A DNA stretch of 64,000 nt from assembly GCA_963748825.1 (NCBI GenBank), contig CAVVKN010000002.1:32001-96000 (forward strand), read 5' to 3'. A program made the translations under genes and the position numbers. Below, piece by piece: positions 39,156-49,470 of the stretch. This stretch comes from Methanotrichaceae archaeon (lineage in GTDB: Archaea > Halobacteriota > Methanosarcinia > Methanotrichales > Methanotrichaceae). Under the pieces are notes generated by a model. That model saw only the letters and a list, made by a program, of their open reading frames with translations. It searched no databases and was not told the DNA's origin. Within the stretch, counting starts at the first letter, position 1. The number at the start of each line of letters is the position of its first letter.

Positions 39156-40490
39156 CTAGAGCAGAGGCAAGTACCTCTCCAACTCCCACTGGGTGACATT
39201 GGTGCGGTAGGCATCCCACTCCGCTTTCTTGTTGGTGATGAAAGCTCTGAAGACGTGCTCGCCGAGTGCCTCGCGAATGAGCTTGCTTCCCTCTGTAAGC
39301 TGAATGGCATCGTTCAAGCTTCCCGGCAGAGAGGTGATTCCTGCTTTCTTTCTCTCATCATCGCTCATGTGGTAGATGTCCTGCTCCTGGGGAGCGGGCA
39401 GATCGTACTTGTTAGCGATTCCGGCTAGGCCCGCGGCTAGCATGACGGAGAAGGCCAGGTAGGGGTTGGTGGCTGGATCGGGGCTTCTGAACTCGACTCG
39501 GGTGGCAGCCTCCTTTCCGGGCTTGTACATGGGTACTCTGACCAGGGCAGATCTGTTTCTTCTCGCCCAGCAGATGTAGACGGGGGCCTCGTAGCCGGGG
39601 ACCAGGCGCTTGTAGGAGTTGACCCACTGGTTGGTGACGGCTGTGATCTCGGGCGCGTGCTTGAGAAGGCCGGCAATGTAGTACTTGCCCTCATCGGAGA
39701 GATGATATTTGTCTCCGGCATCGAACATCACATTTCTCTTTCCCTGGAAGAGGGACTGGTGTACGTGCATGCCGCTGCCGTTCTGGCCGAAGATGGGCTT
39801 GGGCATGAAGCTGGCGTGGTAGCCGTACCGGCGGGCGATCTCCTTGACGGTGATCTTGTACGTCATCACCGTATCGGCCATATTCAGAGCGTCCTTGTAG
39901 CGTAGATCGATCTCATGCTGAGAAGGAGCAACCTCATGGTGGCTGTACTCCACATCTATGCCCATAGAATCCAGGGCAAGGATTGTGTCCCGGCGCAGAT
40001 CGGAGGCGTTGTCGGCAGTGGTCAGATCGAAGTATCCGCCGTTGTCCAGGACCTCCGTGCAGTGCTCGTTTTTGAAGTAAAAGAACTCCAGCTCCGGGCC
40101 TACCAGGAAGCTGTAGCCTTTATCCTTGATGCGCTCCAGATTTCTCTTCAGGACGTACCTGGGATCGCCCTCATACGGGCTGCCATCGGGATTCTGGATG
40201 TCGCAGAACATCCTGGCCACGCCGTTCTCCTGTTGCCTCCAGGGGATAAGCTGGAAGGTGGTTGGGTCGGGCTTGGCGACCATGTCTGATTCGTGGATTC
40301 GGGCAAAGCCCTCAATAGAGGAGCCGTCAAAGCCCATGCCCTCGGAGAATGCCCCCTCCAGCTCGCTGGGATTAATAGCAAAGCTCTTAGGGACACCCAG
40401 GATATCAGTGAACCAAATTCGGACAAATCTCACATTATATTTGTCAATTGCCTCAAAGACTTCATCTTTTGACTTAATTTGCATGGCCAT
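39156..40490 (-). CDS. glnA: glutamine synthetase type I
   Basis: FDGSSIEGF, GPELEF, HHEVAPSQHEI, FMPKP, NGSGMH, NSYKRLVPGYEAP, RVEFRSPD. Confidence 0.97.
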   Translation of the reverse strand: MAMQIKSKDEVFEAIDKYNVRFVRIWFTDILGVPKSFAINPSELEGAFSEGMGFDGSSIEGFARIHESDMVAKPDPTTFQLIPWRQQENGVARMFCDIQNPDGSPYEGDPRYVLKRNLERIKDKGYSFLVGPELEFFYFKNEHCTEVLDNGGYFDLTTADNASDLRRDTILALDSMGIDVEYSHHEVAPSQHEIDLRYKDALNMADTVMTYKITVKEIARRYGYHASFMPKPIFGQNGSGMHVHQSLFQGKRNVMFDAGDKYHLSDEGKYYIAGLLKHAPEITAVTNQWVNSYKRLVPGYEAPVYICWARRNRSALVRVPMYKPGKEAATRVEFRSPDPATNPYLAFSVMLAAGLAGIANKYDLPAPQEQDIYHMSDDERKKAGITSLPGSLNDAIQLTEGSKLIREALGEHVFRAFITNKKAEWDAYRTNVTQWELERYLPLL

Positions 40491-40530
40491 TTCACTTAGC
40501 CTCCTGAAACCAAAAAGTTATGTTGATTAT

Positions 40531-40566
40531 TTATATGTATTTAAGATCGAGTCTTAATAGTTATGA
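40531..40566 (-). promoter_or_regulatory. glnA promoter with TCTTAA-N3-TTATGA box
   Basis: TTATATGTATTTAAG-N6-TCTTAATAGTTATGA; same spacing as at 39003. Confidence 0.6.
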
Positions 40567-40628
40567 AAGATTATGATCGCATCGCAGAACGTCTATTCGA
40601 ATTCGAAGAAGGGACTAATCTATTCCAT

Positions 40629-40670
40629 TTCCAGAACAAGGTGCACGTCATACCCGACTTCATCGGCAAT
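40629..40670 (+). pseudogene. short glutamate dehydrogenase relic
   Basis: 36/42 nt identical to gdhA 23960-24001 (FQNKVHVIPDFIGN vs FQNKVHVIPDFLAN). Confidence 0.6.
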
Positions 40671-40723
40671 AAGGGCTTGCGACACGAGCTGGCTGCCCAC
40701 CACGCTTGGTGGTTCACCCACTT

Positions 40724-41428
40724 TCAGTAATCCCAATGCTCATGTCGAACCGGCAGGCGGTTTAGTGCTTCCCGGTAGAATTGCCACTTGGGCACGAAGC
40801 TGTCCATCAGCGAGACGAAGCGAGCATTGTGTGTGGGTTCCAACAGGTGCACCATCTCGTGAACAAGGATGTATTCGAGGCACTCGTGTGGTTTCTTGGC
40901 GAGATCGGTATTGAGCCGGATATTTCCAGACTTGGGTGTGCAGCTTCCCCATTTGGTTTTCATCTGTTGCACGAATAAGCGTTCCACCTTCACGCCTATT
41001 AGCGGTTCCCATTTGGTGACCAATGGCGTCACGGCTTGCTTGAGTTGAGCACGATACCATTCTTCAACGATGGCCTGTCTTTTGCTCTCATCGGTTCCAG
41101 GGCGCACCCGTAGAATCATATTTCCGTGCTTCAGTTCCCGTGCCTCATAGATCAGGTCAAGCATCACCCCGTCTTCCACCGCTTCGTCGAATTTGTAGGT
41201 GTGGATGTAGCCGCCGAAGACCTCCAGGGTGGTCTTCTTGTCCTTCTTCAAGAGCGGCGTGCCTGTGAAGCCAATAAAGACCGCGTCCGGCATCATCGCC
41301 TTCATCGTGCGATGCAGCTTGCCGCTCTGAGTGCGGTGGCATTCGTCGACGAAGACGAAGACCTCGCCCACGGGTTGGCTTGGCTGGGCTTTCAATTCTC
41401 TGATAAGATGTAAAGTATGGCAGATCAA
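40724..41428 (-). pseudogene. chimeric remnant: type I RM HsdR fragment fused to YgjP/M48-like metallopeptidase C-terminus
   Basis: VDECHRTQSG, FTGTP, YIHTY...AVEDG (HsdR), then MKTKWGSC, YILVHEMVHL..H...F. Confidence 0.8.
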
Positions 41429-41645
41429 TATCCAAAGCGTTGTTTTCCCTTAGGCGGAGATCTTGAAAAAGCAGGCAATCAGTTTGTTAAGGATCTATTT
41501 GGGATCGGGATCGAAAAAAATATTGGTTAGAGTTGCATAGCGAATCTCGCATCAAACTGCGCATGAGAATGGCAGGTGGCCGAAATCGACATCTCTGCGA
41601 ACTTGCAGGGGGTGTGATCTGCCACTCCATTCGATTTATTGACTC

Positions 41646-42506
41646 TTATACCGTCGCCCTTTGGCTATAATCGACAAGCGCCATCAAGATGTCCTTGTCT
41701 TTGAGCATCCCCATCAGCCTTCCGCTGGATGTGACCACAGGCATCTGGTCTATTCTATTTTTTTGCATTGTCGCCGCGCATTTGCCTACCTCATCCTTTT
41801 TATAAGCCGTGATGGGTGGCACCATAGCCTCGGAGACAAGAATATTTTTCAGTTTGATCCGGGAAACCGTGTAATATTTGCTGATGCTCTGCATCACCCG
41901 GTCCCACATCCATTTGTCCTCTCCGTCATCGGCGGACATGTCCGTCTTCTCGACCGTATCCTCGATGACACTGGTCTTGATGAGATCGCGGTCGGAGATC
42001 ATGCCCACCAGCTTGAGGCTGCTATCGATGACTGGGCAAGCCTCCACTGCGGCAAATTCCATAATCGATCCGGCCACAGATAATGGCATCTCGCTCCACA
42101 GAACCACAGTCTCTTTCTCTAAATAGGGCTCGATGCTCTCTTTTATTCCCAGGTCCGCGGCCACCCGGACGATATCGGCAACCGTGATGATGCCCACCAG
42201 CTTTTTGTCTTCCACCACGGGAAGCCGTCTTATATCGTGCTTGATCAGCAGCCTTGAGGCTTCGATTATGCTCTTGTCCGGGCTTATAACTACCGGATCG
42301 CGAGTCATGAGCAGAGCCGTCTGGTCCTCTTCCCGATTGCGGAGCAGGTCGGTCCTGGTTATCATGCCCACGACCTCGTCCTTCTTTATTACGGGAACGC
42401 CGGAGACCTTGTGGTCCTGCAGCGTCTTCAAGACATCGTCCCTGCTGCCGGGGATGGCGACATAGGCCACATCCCGGACCATTACGTCCCTGACGAGAAT
42501 GCTCAA
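41646..42506 (-). CDS. CBS domain protein (4 CBS)
   Basis: VRDVM, VSGVPV, IRRLPVV, VGIIT..D, IDQMPVV. Confidence 0.9.
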   Translation of the reverse strand: MSILVRDVMVRDVAYVAIPGSRDDVLKTLQDHKVSGVPVIKKDEVVGMITRTDLLRNREEDQTALLMTRDPVVISPDKSIIEASRLLIKHDIRRLPVVEDKKLVGIITVADIVRVAADLGIKESIEPYLEKETVVLWSEMPLSVAGSIMEFAAVEACPVIDSSLKLVGMISDRDLIKTSVIEDTVEKTDMSADDGEDKWMWDRVMQSISKYYTVSRIKLKNILVSEAMVPPITAYKKDEVGKCAATMQKNRIDQMPVVTSSGRLMGMLKDKDILMALVDYSQRATV

Positions 42507-42940
42507 GTCCTCTCCCTCGGAATTGTCAGTACGGGAATCTTTGAGCTTCTAACCACTTTTTCGGCCACACTGCCCAGCAGGAACTTGTCGAGACCGGTGC
42601 GTCCCACAGCTCCCAGGATGATTATGTCCATGTCTGCTGACTGCGCATAGCTGACGATCTCGCTGCCGGGATTTCCCTCAACCACAACGTCCTCAAAGGC
42701 AACGCCCATATCCTTGGCCAGCGTTTCCACATGTTTCAAGGCCTCTTTTCCTTCTTTGAGCAGAAGCTCTCGGATGCTGAATAGTAGCATATCATCCGGC
42801 AGGTGACTCGTCCTGTTGGTGTCGGCCACATAGATGGCGGTGACCTTTCCACCTGATATCTTTCCCAGCTCTAATGCCACTTTGGCCGCTCTGTATCCGT
42901 GCTCTGATCCGTCGGTTGCAACTAGAATCTTCTCAAACAT
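42503..42940 (-). CDS. universal stress protein
   Basis: KILVATDGS, GAVGRTG..FLLGSVAEKVVR. Confidence 0.93.
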   Translation of the reverse strand: MFEKILVATDGSEHGYRAAKVALELGKISGGKVTAIYVADTNRTSHLPDDMLLFSIRELLLKEGKEALKHVETLAKDMGVAFEDVVVEGNPGSEIVSYAQSADMDIIILGAVGRTGLDKFLLGSVAEKVVRSSKIPVLTIPRERT

Positions 42941-42948
42941 GATTAACC

Positions 42949-44004
42949 TCAAAAGATAGCGATTATGTCAGACGGCCAGGCCCTTCTCACAATGCTGGAA
43001 AGAGGGCGCATAGACCCCCACATGTTATCAGATTTTTTGTCTATGACCATCACTCTTGCCTCTTTTCCTTCCAGGATGGACCCCAGCCTCTGATCGAGAC
43101 CTGTTACTTTAGCACCATTTAGCGTGCACATCTTAAATACCTGTCTATCGTCATGCAGCAGAGCCTTACTGATGAAATGCATCTCCTCAAAGATGTCCGG
43201 CGAGTTCATCATAACGTTATCTGTTCCAACGGCAATTGTAATGCCCAGCTCTACCATCCGCTTCACATTGGGCAGGCCCACGCCGGTCACCAGATTGGAT
43301 CTGGGACAGACCACCACGGGAAGGCAGGAGTGGGCCACATCCCTCAGATCCGCCTCGTCGGCCCGGTTCATGTGCACCAGGAAATCCGGATGAAGGGCAA
43401 GGGCATCGCCGATATCATCATTAGCGGCTTCGCCGGCGTGCACTCCCACGGCCTGGCCGGCCTTTCTGGCTGCAGCCACTGTCGCTCGGAGTTGGTCCGG
43501 ATCATGGTCTCTGGTGCTGCTTATCCCCAGGCCCCAGCAGCTCTCCGGGATATTTATCTGCCCTGGGCCTGGCCGTCCCAGGATTCTGGCAAGAATGGGC
43601 AGACCGCGCACGGCCTCTTCCAGCATGCTTACACCCTCTGCCCCTCCCTCCCGAAAATCGGCAAAAGCGCAAGTACCCGACGCCGTCATCTGTTGCAGGC
43701 TTCTTCTCATGCCCTCTATGAGAACCGCTCGCGGCATTTGGGCCAGCATTCGTGCCTTCAGTCCACCAGGACCGACCAGCTCCGAGAGCGGCAAAAAGGG
43801 CGGATCCTTGAAAGCAGAGTCGCCCACATGAACGTGTGCGTTCACGAAGCGCGGGCAGACAATACCCTCATAGTCTGCGTCTACATGCTCTGAGCCAAAC
43901 TCCCGGATGATGCCATCACGGATGCTGATGTAGCCATCCTGTGTTATGAAATCATCTCCATAGATTATTGTTCCTTGCAGCAGGATCTCGCGTGCCTGAG
44001 GCAT
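42949..44004 (-). CDS. amidohydrolase family protein
   Basis: FVNAHVHVGD, FADFREGG, HAGE, CPRSN, GTDN. Confidence 0.9.
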   Translation of the reverse strand: MPQAREILLQGTIIYGDDFITQDGYISIRDGIIREFGSEHVDADYEGIVCPRFVNAHVHVGDSAFKDPPFLPLSELVGPGGLKARMLAQMPRAVLIEGMRRSLQQMTASGTCAFADFREGGAEGVSMLEEAVRGLPILARILGRPGPGQINIPESCWGLGISSTRDHDPDQLRATVAAARKAGQAVGVHAGEAANDDIGDALALHPDFLVHMNRADEADLRDVAHSCLPVVVCPRSNLVTGVGLPNVKRMVELGITIAVGTDNVMMNSPDIFEEMHFISKALLHDDRQVFKMCTLNGAKVTGLDQRLGSILEGKEARVMVIDKKSDNMWGSMRPLSSIVRRAWPSDIIAIF

Positions 44005-44071
44005 ATCCTAAAAATGGACCGGCAAGCTATTTAGCACCTCTTTGCCCAAATAACAAGATAAACAAACAAAG

Positions 44072-44749
44072 GTGGCAGAAGCATTGACCAGGCCCTTCGT
44101 ATTCATCAACAGCGCCATGAGCGCAGACGGCAAGATCAGCTCCTTTGAGCGCAGCCAGGTGAGAATTTCCGGCAAGGCGGACAAGGCCAGGGTCGACCTT
44201 CTCAGGGCGGAGAGCGACGCCGTCATGGTCGGAGTGGGAACGGTGCTGGCAGACGATCCCAGCCTGAGGGTGAAATCGGCAAGCTCTCGCGAGGTGAGAC
44301 GAGCAAAGGGCTGGCCGGAAGACCCACTTCGCATTATTGCCGATAGCCGGGCAAGAACGCCTCCCTCGGCCAAGGTCCTGGGACCGGGATGCCTCGCGAT
44401 CGTCACCGGTTCTGCGCCGCAGGAACGACTGGATCAGCTTTCCTCAAAGTGCGAGATAATAGTATGTGGGAAAGAGCAGGTCGATCTGACGGAGCTGTTT
44501 TCCCGGCTTTATGATCGGGGCGTCAAGCGTATCATGGTGGAGGGAGGGGCTACTCTCAACTGGTCGCTTCTCAAGCTCGGCCTGGTGGATGAGCTTTACG
44601 TCTACATGGGAGCGATGCTCATCGGAGGAGAGAATGCACCCACCCTGGTGGATGGGCCGGGATTCAAAGAGGATTTTCCCCGGCTGACCCTAAGCTCTGT
44701 GCAGCGGCTGGACGAGGGAGTACTTCTCAAGTGGAGCCTGCCCAGGTGA
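44072..44749 (+). CDS. arfC: 2,5-diamino-6-(ribosylamino)-4(3H)-pyrimidinone 5'-phosphate reductase
   Basis: AMSADGKI, VMVGVGTVLADDPSL, DSRARTP, MVEGG. Confidence 0.9.
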   Translation: MAEALTRPFVFINSAMSADGKISSFERSQVRISGKADKARVDLLRAESDAVMVGVGTVLADDPSLRVKSASSREVRRAKGWPEDPLRIIADSRARTPPSAKVLGPGCLAIVTGSAPQERLDQLSSKCEIIVCGKEQVDLTELFSRLYDRGVKRIMVEGGATLNWSLLKLGLVDELYVYMGAMLIGGENAPTLVDGPGFKEDFPRLTLSSVQRLDEGVLLKWSLPR

Positions 44750-44808
44750 GCGGCCCATAAGATCATAGCGAACTGAGCGGGTATTCTCCGGATCAAGTGG
44801 CTCCAGGC

Positions 44809-45261
44809 CTACTCTTTTCTCACCACCAGCACGGGAATTTTAGAGCTTCTGACCACTTTATCAGCCACGCTGCCCAGGAGGAACCTTTCCAGGCCAGTGG
44901 CTCCGATTCCGCCCATGACGATGAGGTTCATATCGCCTTCTGTTGCAATGCGGATGATGTCCTCTGCAGGATAGCCCTCCGTGATCTTTCTGGTCACGAC
45001 GATACCAGCCTTCTCTGCCATCTCTTCGACTCTTTTTGTAGCCTCATCGCCCTGATTTTGCAGATTGCTTCTTATGCCCGCGATCAGGTCGTCTGCAACC
45101 TTCGAGATCAGGTCTCCCAGGGGGGCATACTCCTTGCCGATATCTACGACAAAAAGGGCTGTGACGGCTGAGCCGTAGAGCTTGGCCATTTCTAACCCCG
45201 CTTCTGCGGCTCTCTCGCTATGCTTGGAGCCGTCGGTTGCGATCAAGATCTTTTTAAACAT
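44809..45261 (-). CDS. universal stress protein
   Basis: KILIATDGS, GGIGATG..FLLGSVADKVVR. Confidence 0.93.
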   Translation of the reverse strand: MFKKILIATDGSKHSERAAEAGLEMAKLYGSAVTALFVVDIGKEYAPLGDLISKVADDLIAGIRSNLQNQGDEATKRVEEMAEKAGIVVTRKITEGYPAEDIIRIATEGDMNLIVMGGIGATGLERFLLGSVADKVVRSSKIPVLVVRKE

Positions 45262-45275
45262 GATCTATTCCTACT

Positions 45276-45977
45276 TCAGCCTCTCATGAACTTGTCCCAG
45301 CCCTGGTAGTGCGTCTTGAGAACGGTGCAGATGTCCTCCATCATCGCAAAGGGAATGCCAACCACGACATCATCATCCAGCAGGCCGGAGTTTTTCGCAG
45401 ATCCGTCGCAGCCCAGGGAGACATTCACCTCTCCTTTCAGGTAGGGTGAGGCCGTGGCATCCACACAGAGGGACTGAATTCCAGCCGTAGTGAATGTGGA
45501 CCTGCCCCCCTCTTTGAACATGACCGCTTGCACAATTCGCCGGGCTTTAAGCGGATTGCCTACTATTATTACCACATCGGGACGCATGACCATCTTGTCC
45601 AGCGGGGCCACGTAGGTGGCAATTGTGCTGCCGGGAAGGAGGCGCGGCATGTTGGAGGCTATGTTGATGCCTACATCCTTGGTCTCGCACTTATGCAGCT
45701 TGTCGAAATACAGAGACCCGGTGGCAATGTTCTCCGGGCACTGCATGATGCCCAGGCCCGAGGCTCCGCCCTTGCATGCGTGATAGTCAGCCCGGGCCAG
45801 GAAGCTTTTTCCCTCCAGCCTCGCCCCCTGAATCATGCCGCAGTAATGGAAGGGCCTCTCCACGGAGTCGAGATCTTGGGGAATCTCCGCTTCGCTTTTA
45901 AACAGTCTTACACCCACTATATTGTCGCGAATTCCTAAGGAGGACTTCAATATATCCGACATTTCTTCAAGATTCAT
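45276..45977 (-). CDS. DUF169 family protein
   Basis: VGVRL, YCG.I..AR, ACKGGA..LG, PDVV, QSLC.D, SLGCDG. Confidence 0.85.
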   Translation of the reverse strand: MNLEEMSDILKSSLGIRDNIVGVRLFKSEAEIPQDLDSVERPFHYCGMIQGARLEGKSFLARADYHACKGGASGLGIMQCPENIATGSLYFDKLHKCETKDVGINIASNMPRLLPGSTIATYVAPLDKMVMRPDVVIIVGNPLKARRIVQAVMFKEGGRSTFTTAGIQSLCVDATASPYLKGEVNVSLGCDGSAKNSGLLDDDVVVGIPFAMMEDICTVLKTHYQGWDKFMRG

Positions 45978-46195
45978 CTGAATACACCGCATAACAGGAG
46001 GGCCGGATGGCATTTCTTACTTGCGCTCTGGACTGGAGCAAGAGATGTGGTGGATGATGTCAGTTTAAAGAGATTGAGGGCTTACCAATAGATGAGTGGG
46101 GCCGGAAGGAAAATGAAGAACCTTAAGTCCGATTATGTGAGGAATATATTTAGTCCAAGCCTCGCTTCTTATTGGCTCTTCGCTGTTTCATGTGG

Positions 46196-46333
46196 CTAAC
46201 CTCAAGTTATCATGAAATGCAATCTGGAGCATGGATAAAGTCGCCCTCAAAAGGGACTTTACATGCAAAGCCCCCCCCCATTCCGCTCATTCGAAAGGTA
46301 TAAATATAAAGCCTATCACTAACTTGAGGTTAG
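46196..46333. promoter_or_regulatory. two HSR1-type CTAAC-N5-GTTAG boxes around the cdc48 promoter
   Basis: CTAACCTCAAGTTAT (46196-46210) and CTAACTTGAGGTTAG (46319-46333); TATAAATATA just upstream of the second. Confidence 0.6.
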
Positions 46334-46509
46334 TAATGTCATGTATACAATGCTCAAATATCAATCGTAAAGGGTGTTATCAGCCCCAATAGCAGGATGG
46401 ATACCAAAATCCCAGTGAATGGTTTTGGCAAAGGCATTAATCCATCTCGTAAAGAACAGACGAAAAAATTACTTAAGCTTTGCATGAACATATACCTTGG
46501 AGGATTTTG

Positions 46510-48681
46510 ATGGCAGGAGAAATTACACTCAAAGTCATTGAAGCGCGTCCCACTGATGTCGGACGTGGCATCGCTCGCATAGATCCGGCAGTATTTAGCG
46601 AGATGGGCTGGCAGGCCGGAGACGTAGTCAGCATTCATGGAAAGAAGAAGACCGCTGCACTACTCTGGCCCGGCTATCCCGAGGACATGGGAACCGGAAT
46701 CGTGCGTCTGGACGGCAATACCCGCCGAAACGCAGGCGCGAGCATAGATGATAAAGTCCCCGTGAAGATAGCCCAGGCAGCAGCAGCGGAGTCGGTGGTC
46801 TTTGCTCCCACCGTGCCCCTGCGCATCACCGGCGCCGAGGCCTATCTGCAAAGATACATGGAAGGGCGGGTCATCACCAGAGGGGACATCATTGAGATCC
46901 CTGTCATGGGCAGAAAGATCGAGCTCATGGCCACGCGCGTCTCCCCTGCCAAAGAAGCGGCAGTGATCGGTGACAAGACCAGGATCGAGATGTCGGAGAA
47001 GCCCGCCAAGGAAGAGAAAGCAGGGCCCCGTGTCACCTACGAGGATCTCGGCGGATTGTCTGCAGAGATCAAGAAGGTGCGGGAGATGATTGAGCTGCCC
47101 ATGAAGCACCCTGAGCTCTTCGAGCGGCTGGGCGTGGAAGCTCCCAAGGGCGTGCTGCTCTATGGACCTCCGGGCACCGGCAAGACATTGCTCGCCAAGG
47201 CTCTGGCCTCAGAGACCAATGCTCACTTCGAGACACTGAGCGGCCCGGAGATCATGTCCAAGTACTATGGCGAATCCGAGGAAAAGCTGCGAAGCCTCTT
47301 CAAGACGGCTGAGGAGCAGGCGCCGTCCATCATCCTCATCGACGAGATCGATTCCATCGCCCCCAAGAGAGAAGAGGTGACGGGCGAGGTAGAGCGGCGC
47401 GTAGTGGCTCAGATGCTGGCCCTCATGGACGGCATGGAGACGCGCGGCAGAGTGGTGGTCATCGGCGCCACCAACCGACCTGATTCCCTGGACCCCGCGC
47501 TGCGGCGCCCCGGCAGATTCGACCGGGAGATCGAAATCGGCGTTCCCAACCGGCAGTCCCGTCTGGAAGTCCTGCAGATCCACACCCGCAGCATGCCTCT
47601 CTCCAAAGATGTGAACCAGGAGAAGCTGGCCGATGTGACGCACGGCTTCGTGGGCGCTGATCTGGCGGCACTAGCACGCGAGGCAGGCATGCGCGCTATC
47701 CGGCGAGTTTTGCCTGAAATCGACCTGGAGGTTGAATCCATACCAGCCGAGACCCTGAATAAGATAGAGGTCAACAACGACGACTTCCTGGAGGCGCTGC
47801 GCGAGATGGAGCCGTCCGCCATGCGTGAGGTCATGGTGGAGTCGCCCAATGTGCACTGGGATGAGATCGGAGGTCTGGCGGATGTCAAGCAGCAGCTTGT
47901 CGAGTCCGTGGAGTGGCCGCTGACCTATGCCAAGCTCTTCACTCACATGGATGCCAAGGCTCCCAAGGGCATACTGCTCTACGGCCCGCCGGGCACCGGC
48001 AAAACCATGCTGGCCAAGGCGGTAGCCACGGAGAGCCAGGCCAACTTCATCAGCATCAAGGGCCCGGAGTTTCTCAGCAAGTGGGTGGGCGAGTCCGAGA
48101 AGGCCGTGCGCGAGACCTTCAGGAAAGCCCGTCAGTCCGCGCCTTCCGTGATCTTCCTGGATGAGATCGACTCCATTGCCCCGGCCCGGGGAGGATCGAC
48201 CAGCGACTCGCACGTCACGGAGCGCGTCATATCACAGATCTTAACCGAGCTGGACGGACTGGAATCGCTCAATAGCGTCATGGTAATCGCGGCTACCAAC
48301 CGGCCGGACATCATCGATTCGGCGCTCCTGCGACCCGGGCGCTTTGATCGGCTCATCGAGATCGGTCTGCCGGACGAGCTGGCCCGCCAGGAGATCCTGA
48401 AGATCCACACGGCTAAAAAGCCCCTGGCCGATGATGTCAAGATAGAGGATCTGGCCAGGAGGACAGAGGAATACTCCGGAGCTGACCTGGGTGCATTGGT
48501 AGGCGAGGCGGTTATGCTGGCCATCCGGGAGTGCGTCCTGGGCGGAAAAGCCAAGGAAGATGCGCAGTTCTGCGAGTATAAGCTGGAAAACAAGCACTTT
48601 GAAGCGGCCTTGAAGACGGTCAAGCCTACCGCTTCGGAGATGGACATCTACAAGAGGTTTGCCGGAGCCAAGGCAGTATAA
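46510..48681 (+). CDS. cdc48: CDC48/VAT family AAA+ ATPase
   Basis: N domain ([10 protein letters not shown]); two GPPGTGKT; DEID; RRPGRFDR. Confidence 0.96.
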   Translation: MAGEITLKVIEARPTDVGRGIARIDPAVFSEMGWQAGDVVSIHGKKKTAALLWPGYPEDMGTGIVRLDGNTRRNAGASIDDKVPVKIAQAAAAESVVFAPTVPLRITGAEAYLQRYMEGRVITRGDIIEIPVMGRKIELMATRVSPAKEAAVIGDKTRIEMSEKPAKEEKAGPRVTYEDLGGLSAEIKKVREMIELPMKHPELFERLGVEAPKGVLLYGPPGTGKTLLAKALASETNAHFETLSGPEIMSKYYGESEEKLRSLFKTAEEQAPSIILIDEIDSIAPKREEVTGEVERRVVAQMLALMDGMETRGRVVVIGATNRPDSLDPALRRPGRFDREIEIGVPNRQSRLEVLQIHTRSMPLSKDVNQEKLADVTHGFVGADLAALAREAGMRAIRRVLPEIDLEVESIPAETLNKIEVNNDDFLEALREMEPSAMREVMVESPNVHWDEIGGLADVKQQLVESVEWPLTYAKLFTHMDAKAPKGILLYGPPGTGKTMLAKAVATESQANFISIKGPEFLSKWVGESEKAVRETFRKARQSAPSVIFLDEIDSIAPARGGSTSDSHVTERVISQILTELDGLESLNSVMVIAATNRPDIIDSALLRPGRFDRLIEIGLPDELARQEILKIHTAKKPLADDVKIEDLARRTEEYSGADLGALVGEAVMLAIRECVLGGKAKEDAQFCEYKLENKHFEAALKTVKPTASEMDIYKRFAGAKAV

Positions 48682-48928
48682 GCCCAGGGCAGGGCAACCA
48701 TGGCCTGAGGCCGGAAATTCCGGTCTCAATTCACTTTTTCCTTATTATTATACAATCTCAATAGCATCTTTTGCTGTAATCTTTGGCATCAATAATCCAC
48801 CCCCTTTTTGCCATGAGAATTTTTCATCGAATATTCATGAAACTTATAGAAAAGTTCTGAATAACTGAATAGAGGAAACAGTCTCCAATCGCTTAGCTTA
48901 AGAATGAAAAAACAAGGAATTAAGAGCT

Positions 48929-49465
48929 ATGTCGGCATCGAGAAAAAGGGAGACAAAAGAGACGAGCATTGAAGTCGTTCTCAAGACTGAGGGCGCGGGC
49001 ATTATCCAGGTCGATACTGGAATTGAACTCTTGGATGAGATCCTGTCGGCCATAGCCAGAGGCGCGGGATTTGATCTGACTGTCAAGGCCAGGGGCGATT
49101 TGGAAACGGGCGACCACCACACGACTGAAGATACAGCAATCACTCTGGGCAGCACTTTAGCTCAGGCGATAAAGAGCGGCATCGGAAGCTCAATGGTTCC
49201 CTCTGGCCAATCAGTGGCCGTCGCAGCTGTGCGCTTCGGCGAGTCGGGCTATCAGGGTAATTTTATTCTGCAGTCGCAGAACTTGGGCGGCATGTGCCTG
49301 GAAAACTTCAGCCATTTCCTGCGCGCTTTAGCTTACAACGGCAAGTTCAATCTGGCCATTTCCGCAGAAAGAGGCGACGATCGGAGCAAGATTGAGGCTA
49401 TGAGCACGGCGATCGGAAGAGCGATAAAGAAAGCAGCACGAGACGAACAGATGCTAATAAAATAA
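48929..49465 (+). CDS. imidazoleglycerol-phosphate dehydratase-like protein (degenerate HisB paralogue)
   Basis: RETKETSI, GDL...HHTTED..I.LG retained; DHM and second HH motifs replaced (DEIL, DDRSKIEA). Confidence 0.7.
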   Translation: MSASRKRETKETSIEVVLKTEGAGIIQVDTGIELLDEILSAIARGAGFDLTVKARGDLETGDHHTTEDTAITLGSTLAQAIKSGIGSSMVPSGQSVAVAAVRFGESGYQGNFILQSQNLGGMCLENFSHFLRALAYNGKFNLAISAERGDDRSKIEAMSTAIGRAIKKAARDEQMLIK

Positions 49466-49470
49466 AAGGA

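Noticed and set aside
46397-46510. 37-aa ORF (MDTKIPVNG...) overlapping the cdc48 start
   Set aside because: No motif or convincing RBS; likely part of the leader region.
48835-48849. TCATGA-N3-TTATAG as another nitrogen box before the hisB-like gene
   Set aside because: Three mismatches and no matching TATA spacing.
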